Origin: Catajapyx aquilonaris
Taxonomy: Eukaryota
Direction: 5' to 3'
NCBI GenBank assembly: GCA_000934665.2
Contig: KZ538612.1
Location: 1 to 63,155, forward strand
DNA: 63,155 nt
Positions 28,401 to 37,064 of the stretch are shown here, in pieces. The notes beneath the pieces are model-generated. The model saw nothing but the letters and a program-made list of their open reading frames with translations. It did no database searches and was not told the origin of the DNA. Numbering within the stretch: position 1 is the stretch's first letter; each line of letters begins with the position of its first letter. The translations under genes were made by a program, and so were the position numbers.

Positions 28401-31400
28401 TCTTCTAACGATGGAAATCGTCCCACCTCACCTATCTCACTGTCACTGGCAAAATGAGTCCCACCAAGGATCTCTCTCATCTTCAGAGGAAGCCAAATCC
28501 AGGGGATGGGGAAGCAGTTCACAGCAGCCAGTGCAATGCGTAAGGTATGGGTGTTCTCCATTGTTAGAAGAGCCCTCCCGTTCACCAACTCGAGTGTCCA
28601 ATACTCTCAGTGGAATGATGCAATAGCAACGAAACTTTGCAGGTGCTGCTCTAGTGAGTGCCACTACAATTTAGTGGCACCATGTCCTTATAAGTCAACT
28701 CCTTCTATGTCATGCCGAGAATTCATTGACTGACCATCTGCCACCTTCAAGAAAAGCACAATTTTTGCAATAACCTTGGAAGAGTAACTACCTTTTCTGC
28801 ATGTTTTCTACCGTATTGTGACAGAAATGTAAGATTATCCTTTCAGAGCAAAATAGTCTAGTTCTGACTGATTTCATTTCACCAAGGTTTCTGACTGCAA
28901 CTGACTGTACCCATGTGACTTTCAACAGAAATAACAGTATAAAAGATCCACTTTTCACAAACATTTTCTTCGCATATGGAGGCCTGCTGTACGTAGTGTA
29001 CCTCAGCATTTAACATTTCTGTTAGCCCCATAGATGTGTGTGCAACACTTCTACAAAAGGAGATACAAATACAAAGTGGTATTATGAAAGGTAAGCACTT
29101 CCTCTTGGATGTAGGTCCTTCGAGGCATTCTAAGACAAAATTACTCGCATTTGAAATCTCATAATGTCACTGTGATATGCACTTGCTTGAATGCTTTGGT
29201 GGTAGGAAAAGAATAAGGACAAAGTTGGGGACCATGTTGTGTATTGTACTCAGTAGGCAAGAGAATATTTTAACAAAGACATCAAGACATTTGGGAGGTT
29301 TCCGTTGCCAAGGTGGAGCATTTGTGGGCTATCCCAATGCTTGCCCTAACCCTTTCCTTCTTGCCCAAGCATGTAAGACAGTGCTCACCAATCAAGATAT
29401 GTGATTTCAAGAGCAATAATCTCCATTATGGGGCCAAAATCAACAAAATCATCTAAACAACTTTCACCTCAAAATACCTTAAAAAACCGAGAGCAAGTGC
29501 ACACGTTTCATACCAGCCTCTGTACTGTATATAACACAGCAGAGCATCAAGTTCTCACTAGTTGTTTGATAGAGAAGCAGCCAAACCGCAGTCAAATCAA
29601 CTACTCTATTAGAAGATATGAAAGTGGGACAGATGGAGACAGACGCAAAGAGAAAAGAAAAGACTGGTGTCCCTCTTTGTTGGTCCACTACCCAAAAAGG
29701 ACCTTTCCAGCTTGGGAGACCCTACCTGGGTGGTAGGAAAGGCTAAGGACAATGTTGGGGACCATGTTATGTATTGTACTAAATAAGTGATAAAACATTT
29801 TAGTATAGATGTCAAGACATTTGTGAGGTATCTGATGCTAAGGTTGAGCGTTAGTGGTCTATCCCCATGCTTGTCCTTACCCTTTCCCTTTTGCCCAAGC
29901 TGGCAAGACAGAAAAGATCAACTAAGATATCATGTGATTTCAAGAGCGATTATCTCCATTATGGAGCCAAAATCGACAAACACACCTACAGAACTTTTGC
30001 CTCAGAATACTTCAACAAACTGAGGGCAAGTGCACACATTTAATACCAGCCTCTATATAAAACACATGCAGAACATCTAGTTCTCACTAGTCGTTTGTTT
30101 GGTTAGGAAGGAGCCAAATGAACTACAGCTATTAGAAGATACAAAGGTAATGCACGGAAAACGAGAGAACGATCTGAGGTCATCATTTCTTCCATTGTTG
30201 CTTTTTGTTGACACTGCTGACTCATTGTTCTGTGAAGGCATCTCCATGGAAAATTTGATGACGTCAGATCCTTCTCTCATTTTCGTCCATTAGGGCAGAT
30301 GAAGACAGAAACAAAAAGAGAAAAAAGACTCCTTGTTTTGTCCGCAACCCCAAATGGACCTTTCCGGCTTGGGAGACCCTGCCAGTAGACAATGCTACCG
30401 CTGGCAAAGCTCTTCAGGTCATAGGATAAACACAAGCTGCCCCCCACCTCTCCCCACAACCGTAGTACAGTAAAACCTCGATATAATGCTATGCAAGGGA
30501 CTGACCCAAAGTAGCGTTATATGTGGGAATTCGTTATATGCAAGAAGTGCAATTTAATTCACCCATTACTCCGGAAATAAATGCCTTCACTGCTGCTACA
30601 ATATGTAGATGGATGCCTATAAACCACATTTACCTGACCAACCCAAGTACCATGTAGACCCCAAAAATATCCCCTGAAGAACCCAAAACAGTAGCGACTA
30701 ACCAGGGCCACAGATCACATAACTGCTTCTCTGCAACATTCACATGTGTAACTCTTGATGACCAGACCCACCTCCTTACACTATCACACTATCCCACAAT
30801 GGCCCTCACACCTCTAAGGTGTATGAGAAAAAATGCCCCGTTATTAATCGCTTGTTGTTAATTACTCATCGTTCCCATGCTGCCAGCCTGATTTTGAGTC
30901 TCCCTGCCCTTCCCCTGTGAGTCTCAGGCCACACCATGCCAGGACTCAGCAAGCCTATCAGCTCAGTGTCAGTCGAGGCTCCCCTCTGTTGCAATATCAC
31001 TACAGTCCATATGTGGACAGCCTCTCTCTCTCTCTCTCTCTCTCTCCCCCCCCNCCCCCCCCACACACACACACACACCAAACCAAACCTCAGCCAGCAA
31101 AGTGACCTTCAAGCCCCATACACACAATATGCCTTTTGATGTGGGACAAGTTTTCTGGGGACCAGGGAAACCAAGCACTATGTGCGGGAGAGCATTACAT
31201 GCACAAAGTGTTATAAGCGGGAAAATTTACCATTGGCCTTTATGGGGCTGATCAAGGGACCAGAAAAAAGGGTGTTAAAAGCGAGTGTGTTACATGCGGA
31301 AGCATTATATCGAGGTTTCACTGTATAGTTGTAGTATGGACTGATCATTAATCCGGGTTTTTGTCTTGTGTGGCTCCATCTCAGGTCCGGGAATCCTTGG

Positions 31401-31617
31401 GACTAACCACTTAGGGAATTCACAAAAAGACCACGCTCGGACACTGCACTTGCACCTCCCTTCCCACTCACCCGTGTAGGTGGACCCAGGCACTTCGCAA
31501 AAAGGTTCAATTCTGTATCCTACGGTATAATAAATTATGTGTGCGCCACATGCCTAGCAATGATGACAAGCTCTACCGGATGATGATGATGATGATTATT
31601 ATATATATTATTACTAC

Positions 31618-31686
<69 letters not shown>

Positions 31687-34600
31687 TACAGTGGTGGCTC
31701 GTACTTCAAACTTAATTTGTTCCAGGAGGCTGTTCGAAGTCTAAATTGCCCTAAGCCTGAATCAATTTTCCCCATCAGAAATAATGGAAAGTGAATTAAC
31801 CCATTCCCGACCTTAAACCAGGGGTTCTTAAACTGTGGGGGTATAGACAGACTCCAAGGGAGGTATGAAATGTCTCACAACTAAAAAGAGTTTTATCCAT
31901 TTTATGTACACGAAATTCTAGAATGCCTAGGGACAGGGAACTATGTCATGATTGAGTGTTAGCAACTTCCAATCATCCATCCTCAATGTATGGCAGTGAG
32001 TATGCAATTTTTAAAAGTTCAGAGACTAAACTAACGTATGCAAACTCATCCTTCCTAAACATAAAAGTTTAGGCCAGAAAAATGGGAGGTGTGGATCATA
32101 AGATCTTTCCCAAGGGAGACGTGACAGCAAAAAGTTTAAGAACCCCTGCCCTAAGCAATACCCATTTCAATAAACTTAAGCAGCAAATATGCAATTTCAG
32201 GTAAAAACAACACAATTAAATGGCCTGAAAACCAATTAAAACATGAAAACAATAAATATATAAGTACTGTAAATAAAACAGAAAAAGGCACTCAAAACAT
32301 ACGAGCGTAATTTACGCAGCAGGCACATTTTTTCACGGTGATCGCAGTTCAAACTCAAAAGCACTGTTCGAACTCAGAATCAAAGGATGAGGCACAAAAT
32401 ATATGGGCGAGTGGCCTTCCGTTCGATTTTCCTGAAAATTGGATATGTTATGGCCCAGACCATCCTGATCAATGTTAGATAGGGACATTTCGAGGTAGGA
32501 CCTACAGGGAGGGTGTTAATGACCTCCGCAGGTAATAGGGGGAGTAGTAGACTACAATAAGTCTCAGGAACTCAATGGTTATTGCATTAAATTATCTATT
32601 AGTCTTTATTACCTATTCATCTGGTTCAAATTCTACTCCTTGAAGGTTGTCATCTGGAGTTTCCTCCAGCTGCACTTCAACATTCATTGGGTCAACGTAA
32701 GGAAGGTTTCTCTCACAGCAGCCTTCTAGCCTCTTCGATGAATAGCAATTAGCATGCTCCCTGTAGGTCCTACTTCGAAATGTCCCTATCCAACATTGAT
32801 CAGGATGGTCTGGGCTGCAACATATCCAATTTTCAGGCAAATCGAACGGAAAACCAAAGCATATCCCATATGACCTTCAGAGGTCAATAGCATGCTCCCT
32901 GTAGGTCCTACCTCGAAATGTCCCTATCTAACATTGATCAGGATGGTCTGGGCCATAACATATCCAATTTTCAGGCAAATCGAACGGAAGGCCACTCGCC
33001 CATATATTTTGTGCCACCTCCTTTCACTCGAATTTAGTATACAAATTCTGAAACGGTCAAGTTAAGAGTCATTTGAAGAACGAAGTTCCACTGTATTACT
33101 ATTACTGTTACTATACCTAGCAACTAAGTAGTACTAGTCGAGACTACTTTAGTTCCAGTTACCTTGTAACCAAATCCCACAAGTGCAGTACCTTTCATAA
33201 AGAATGCTACGACTCTATATGGACGAAATGTTTATTCTGTTCTCAACCCCTGGGTCGCCAGCATGTTTTTAGGGGTCATGAGGAAGTCCGGGAAAAGGGA
33301 ATCAAAATAAAATAAAAAAGAAAAGAAAAAAACAAATCAAAGTAGGAAATTTTTAGGGGGAAAATTCACATCAAATCTACGTAAGCCTTGCACCAGGTTG
33401 AACATTTTGGTCATTAAACTTTTTATTTAAAAATCGGGATGGGTCATACGAGTCACCAGAGGTCAGAAAAGGTTATCCATAGGGCTTTGTCGAATTAAGG
33501 TTGGGAATAATTCTCGATAATCAGGAGAAACATTTCGTCTATAGTCATACCATTCTTTATGAGCGGGACTGTACCTGACAAAAAATGGGATAGGGGACTC
33601 TCAGCTAGTGGACATTCCGTCTTTTTGGCTGACACCAAAATTCTGAGAGAGATCTTAATTGAAAATTTCTCTTTTATCGCACAATCTGATATCATATCAA
33701 TCAAGCATTCATTCTGGGGTGATGTCAGGCAGGCCGGCTTTTCCAACACAGCAGCGTATGAGCTTACAACACAAGTTTTCTTTAATTTTTTTGTGTTCTT
33801 CCAGAAAATAACAGTTTAAGAAGTAAATTTAGCAGATGTATGTGAAACTCATTTAAGATATTTCCAGTTCTGTCAGAATCTAGTTCTTCTCTAAATTCTT
33901 CCACCATTTGGAAGCTGTCTTGATTTCAACTTTTCATTGATTCTGCCCAAAAAGTGATTTTCTTTTTAAGCTCTTGTACTTTATCACTGGCATTTTTGGA
34001 TTTTGCATATGTTTTTAAATAATAATTATTTAAAAATATATCCAACCTCTTCATGGAGCACAGATTGGGAACCGCTGCCTCAGACTAACCACCCGAGGTA
34101 ATGCGTTAAAATGACTTGTGGCCTGGTTGTGCATCTGTACCTCCTCTCTCACCACCATTTCACTTATGGACCAATAAGACTCCCAAGTTGCAAGGAAAAT
34201 ACGGTAATAATTAAGCTTAGTGCTCTACATACCTTAAGGGTGTCATGATTAGAGTCCGGATATTTAGGCAAAAGACTATTTAGTACCTTTGCAGTTGGGA
34301 TGGTTTTGTGAAGAGATCTATCCATTTCATAAGTGCAGGATGTGGAAAATGTAGGTTTTATAGTGCTTGAAATGGCCTATTTCGTGGTTTTAGGAACTAT
34401 TTAGCCTATTCTGGCTTTTTGCGACTTTTCATGCCTATTTGGCCTCTTTTGGGATAGTTTTTAAACTTTTTGAAGCAATTTCGGGACTTTTTGGGCCTAT
34501 TCCAAATCTATTCGGTCAGAGGCATGTTTCGTATTTTTTGTGGAGTATTTTTTGTGCTCTTGTAAGGACCAAAATCATTCAGAAGCAATACTAATCATGT

Positions 34601-36514
34601 TGTCGTGACACGTACGCCAAATATTTTTCTTAATTTCCCTCTGATTGTTTCAATCAGGAAAATTTAGAAAAGTATTTGGCAACATATTGCGCAAGTGGAA
34701 ACTGGCTACAAGCAGTCGAGTCCAGAGCAAGTGATGCTTGCACTTTGTGTCTTTTGCCTAAGTTTGTGATTTCCTGACAGTGTATCGTTGTTATTCAGTT
34801 TTGCTCTGGTTTGTGACCTTATGTTATACTTTAGGCCTATAAAACTATCATAACTTTTTTTATTTTCTGTAACATTTATCCTCCATACGTCCGCAAAAGT
34901 AAAATTTTAGGCCTATTTGAGGTTTTTTCCGGTCTATTTCAGTTTTTTTTTGTGCCTAACAATCCAGACTCTAGTCATGATTTACCTCAATTATTATTAC
35001 TGTTCAACATGCAATACAGGTGGTACCCATTTTACACCACTTCACATTAATGCTGGTCTCTAAATTACCTTCGAGAATATTTTGAAATCGGAAAATCGTG
35101 AAAAAACTGCAAATAAAATATTAGAATTACTGACACATCTGTCTTAAAGCGTGCGAGTCCAAGCACATAATATTGTTTTTAGTGGTGCATTGTGGCAGGA
35201 TAGATAGATAGATATATGTGTGTGTATATATTATATTACCGTATCATTGGTCTCTGCACTCATTGAATACTGTACTTGTTGTTACAATATACTACATGTA
35301 CTGCAATTCCTGCCAGAGAAGGGAAAGGAACCTTCAGAACCCAATGACCCTCAACCTGGGACCCTCATGATTAAACACATAATTAAATGTTTGAAACACC
35401 TATTCACTTTATGCCACTATGTTGCTGGAACCAATTACCAGTGTAAAACAGGTACTTCCTGTATACAGGGTGTCCCTAAATGATTGTCAACATTTGAAAG
35501 TTGCTGAATTTCTATTAGTTGCGGTGTGCAATGACAAGACAAATATAGAACGAAAGACCACATTTTGGAGTTTTTATTGCACACACTACAAGTGCTCAAT
35601 ATGAGCACCTTTCGTCACACGACATGATAGTCCAATTCTTTACACAGGCCAGCATGTCTGGTGTGATTGATTCCACAGCAGCAACAATCCTGCGTTTCAA
35701 CTCACATAGGCTGGTAGGTAGCCGTGGTACGAAGACCTGGGCCTCTACATATACCCCCGGAGGAAAAAGTCACATGGGGTGAGGTCGGGAGACCTTGGAG
35801 GCCACTGGAGAAAAACCCGATCTTGCTGACCGGCATGTCCGATCCACTGATCCTTGCCCTTGCAAAGGCATCCCGTCGTCTGAAACTTCTGGAACCACCG
35901 TTGAATTATTGTAGGGTACTGTCACCGGAAGGCCTGCTGAACAGTAACTACTGAACCAAGCTTTGCAAACTGCAGGACACTGAACATTTTCTGTTTGGGA
36001 GACACCATTTTGTGGAGTGGCCCTGTGTGCCTCGCGGCAAAGTGCAGAACCAACTTTTCTGTGTGCAATAAAAACTCCAAAATGTGGTCTTTCGTTCTAT
36101 GTCTGTCTTGTCATTGCACACCGCATCTAATAGAAATTAAGGAACTTTCAAAAGATGACAATCATCAAGGGACCCTCTGAAAACTCCAATGTTAGAAAAA
36201 CAATTTTATTTGCTCTTGGTAATTTCCACAGTACTACACACCAAGGTAATAAAACTCCTAACTATAGGCCCCTATTTCTTGCTTTTATAGCTTCCTATAC
36301 ATTCACATGGCCAGCATTCATGTGGTGCAAATGTTGCTGACATGTCAACCATACTTCTACATGCTGGACTCCACCAGCTCATTCTAAAACCAGAATTGTC
36401 CTGGTATCTAAAGTGATGGCCAGAAAACTATACTGCCACCACCATCTAACTACCCATAACATTACCTGAGTCTGAATACCAGCTGCCAGCGTGGCTGGCT
36501 CTCCTGACCGACAT
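8733..36514 (-). CDS. MEMO1: Protein MEMO1 (mediator of ErbB2-driven cell motility), complete, 7 exons, 295 aa
   Basis: Exons 36466-36514, 15845-15926, 15709-15777, 13407-13519, 13230-13341, 11787-12111, 8733-8870 join in frame with GT-AG sites (888 nt). Motifs [67 protein letters not shown] match the MEMO1 family. Confidence 0.96.
8933..9729. mobile_element. Mariner-type MITE (CAGGG termini, TA TSD) carrying a nested insert
   Basis: TIRs; uninterrupted sister copy at 38564-38809. Confidence 0.8.
8993..9553. mobile_element. pogo/Tigger-type MITE, nested
   Basis: TA-CAGTAAAACTTCTATAAGTCGAA...TTCGACTTATAGAAGTTTTACTG-TA; subterminal TTCGAGTTA repeats. Confidence 0.88.
9910..10213. mobile_element. 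pogo/Tigger-type MITE
   Basis: Perfect 25-bp TIR CAGTGGAGCATCGATTATCCGAACA, TA TSD. Confidence 0.88.
10639..10811. mobile_element. Short Tigger-type MITE
   Basis: Imperfect TIR CAGTTGAGACCAGATATAA; internal CGGCTATAACAG repeats; TA flanks. Confidence 0.7.
11339..11597. mobile_element. Foldback MITE
   Basis: ~110-bp inverted arms, CGGT termini, TA flanks. Confidence 0.8.
11787..12111 (-). CDS. MEMO1: MEMO1 exon 6
   Basis: FTIVPLLVG...[13 protein letters not shown]...[14 protein letters not shown] (ORF 11754-12089). Confidence 0.95.
12222..12985. mobile_element. Mariner-type long-TIR MITE
   Basis: TA-CGAGGGTTGATTCAAAAGTCATGG termini; ~300-bp imperfect arms. Confidence 0.85.
13230..13341 (-). 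CDS. MEMO1: MEMO1 exon 5
   Basis: [35 protein letters not shown]. Confidence 0.93.
13407..13519 (-). CDS. MEMO1: MEMO1 exon 4
   Basis: [37 protein letters not shown]. Confidence 0.93.
14549..15425. mobile_element. Long foldback element with TTAA TSD (Kolobok-like)
   Basis: TTAA-GGGCGC...GCGCCC-TTAA; ~420-bp diverged arms (mirrored ORF translations 14784+ / 15006-). Confidence 0.78.
15709..15777 (-). CDS. MEMO1: MEMO1 exon 3
   Basis: [28 protein letters not shown] donor. Confidence 0.92.
15845..15926 (-). CDS. MEMO1: MEMO1 exon 2
   Basis: [30 protein letters not shown] acceptor, GTCAGT donor. Confidence 0.92.
16071..16400 (+). mobile_element. tRNA-derived SINE, diverged relative of the 6748 family
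   Basis: A/B boxes (GGTTCAATCCC), related body, (ATT)n tail, short TSD AAAAACCT. Confidence 0.75.
18395..18485. other. Assembly gap (91 N)
   Basis: Run of N. Confidence 1.
18491..18833. mobile_element. TIR element next to a (GT)n run, with GTGGGGAC repeats and an internal (TTAGG)n tract
   Basis: GTCTTGACTAAGG..TGGGGACGGA inverted at both ends. Confidence 0.55.
21551..21698. repeat. Near-perfect ~150-bp hairpin / MITE
   Basis: TGTACTATCAGTCCACCAAGAATTGTCGTAGCGGCAGC inverted. Confidence 0.85.
21761..22073. mobile_element. Mariner-type MITE
   Basis: TA-CAGGGTGGATCCGCTAACTCTGGC; ~85-bp near-perfect TIRs. Confidence 0.88.
22090..22640 (-). mobile_element. hAT (Buster/Charlie-type) transposase relic
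   Basis: [31 protein letters not shown] fragments. Confidence 0.75.
23912..25954 (-). mobile_element. Non-autonomous hAT (hATm-like) element with ~670-bp TIRs and a transposase fragment
   Basis: 8-bp TSD ATGGACAC (23904-23911 / 25955-25962); TAGGGTG termini; ORF 24840-25268 [32 protein letters not shown]. Confidence 0.88.
26740..27836. mobile_element. Mariner-type MITE, nested
   Basis: CAGGGTGT-CCA..TTTCT / AGAAA..TGGAACACCCTG. Confidence 0.6.
26864..27810. mobile_element. PIF/Harbinger-like MITE, nested
   Basis: TTA TSD; TIR AGGGGCGTT(T/C)AGACGTGGCAACTT. Confidence 0.78.
28241..28735. repeat. Diverged foldback element, ~495 bp
   Basis: GGTCAGTCAATGAATTCTCGGC inverted termini; arms ~200 bp. 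Confidence 0.75.
29200..30390. repeat. Diverged ~530-bp tandem duplication
   Basis: AAGGACAA.GTTGGGGACCATGTT at 29215 and 29745; GATAT..GTGATTTCAAGAGC repeated at the same spacing. Confidence 0.8.
30468..31323. mobile_element. pogo/Tigger-type MITE
   Basis: TA-CAGTAAAACCTCGATATAATGCT / AGCATTATATCGAGGTTTCACTG-TA. Confidence 0.85.
31400..31686 (+). mobile_element. SINE 3' part (6748-family body) with (ATG)n(ATT)n tail
   Basis: CACTGCACTTGCACCTCCC body motif shared with 6938 and the 39.0 kb copy. Confidence 0.65.
31689..33093. mobile_element. Tigger-type MITE with nested hAT MITE (31820-32148) and foldback (32381-33024)
   Basis: CAGTGG..CGT.CTTCAAA TIRs; CAGGGGTTCTTAAAC TIRs; GGCACAAAATATATGGGCGAGTGGCC arms, the right arm partly duplicated. 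Confidence 0.7.
34250..34973. mobile_element. hAT-like non-autonomous element
   Basis: 8-bp TSD GTCATGAT; TAGAGTC.GGAT TIR; GCCTATT subterminal repeats; second copy at ~60350-61135. Confidence 0.82.
35465..36179 (-). mobile_element. Tc1/mariner (rosa/maT-like) deletion derivative
   Basis: ~125-bp TIRs; [15 protein letters not shown] fragment on the minus strand. Confidence 0.82.
36466..36514 (-). CDS. MEMO1: MEMO1 exon 1 ([16 protein letters not shown])
   Basis: ATG at 36514; HAGSWY motif; G|GTAATG donor in phase with exon 2. Confidence 0.92.
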
Positions 36515-36903
36515 CTTTACAAACTTCTGTATACAAATTTAACTAAATGTCCGTGAATGACGAGAATGAAAAGATACTAATTAAAAAAAATAAATGTACA
36601 AAAATGCCACCTAGTGAAGGTGGGGGGAGGGGAACAAAAGGCTTTCCCTTCTTCCACCCTACTCGGGACGATAGGCTCGCCTGAACAGGGGGAAGAGGGC
36701 GGTGGCGACCTCTGCTTTGATCACATACACTCGCTCTCCGCCTCTCCTATTGGCTGCCTTGAATCATCTGTCTACTTGTTTGGAACAAGGACCAGCTGGC
36801 AACCTTTAGGCGGGTGGCGGGCTGCAGCACACTGGGTTCTCTGTTCCTTGATGCTGGGCTGAGCGAGTGTTGACTGTAAGCCGGTTTGCATCGGTGGTAA
36901 GCC
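36515..36903. promoter_or_regulatory. Putative bidirectional promoter shared by MEMO1 and EXO1
   Basis: 389 bp between divergent ATGs; GC-richer, no obvious TE; ATTGG (CCAAT) at 36749, CTTGAA at 36758, TTTAGGCGGG (E2F-like) at 36805. Confidence 0.7.
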
Positions 36904-37064
36904 ATGGGTATCCCTGGCTTAATCCCGTTTTTGAAGAAGGCTAGTCGACCCGCACATGTACGGGAGTATTCGGGGTCTACGGTAGCCGTTGACGCTTCTT
37001 GCTGGCTCCATAGAGGGGCCTTCGCCTGCGCTGATAAGTTGGCGTTAGGGCAGAAGACTGATGG
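36904..37064 (+). CDS. EXO1: EXO1 exon 1
   Basis: [16 protein letters not shown]...[20 protein letters not shown] donor. Confidence 0.93.

Noticed and set aside
31541..31744. Poly-I, poly-Y and poly-N ORFs (also 6777 and 16209)
   Set aside because: Translations of (ATT)n SINE tails.
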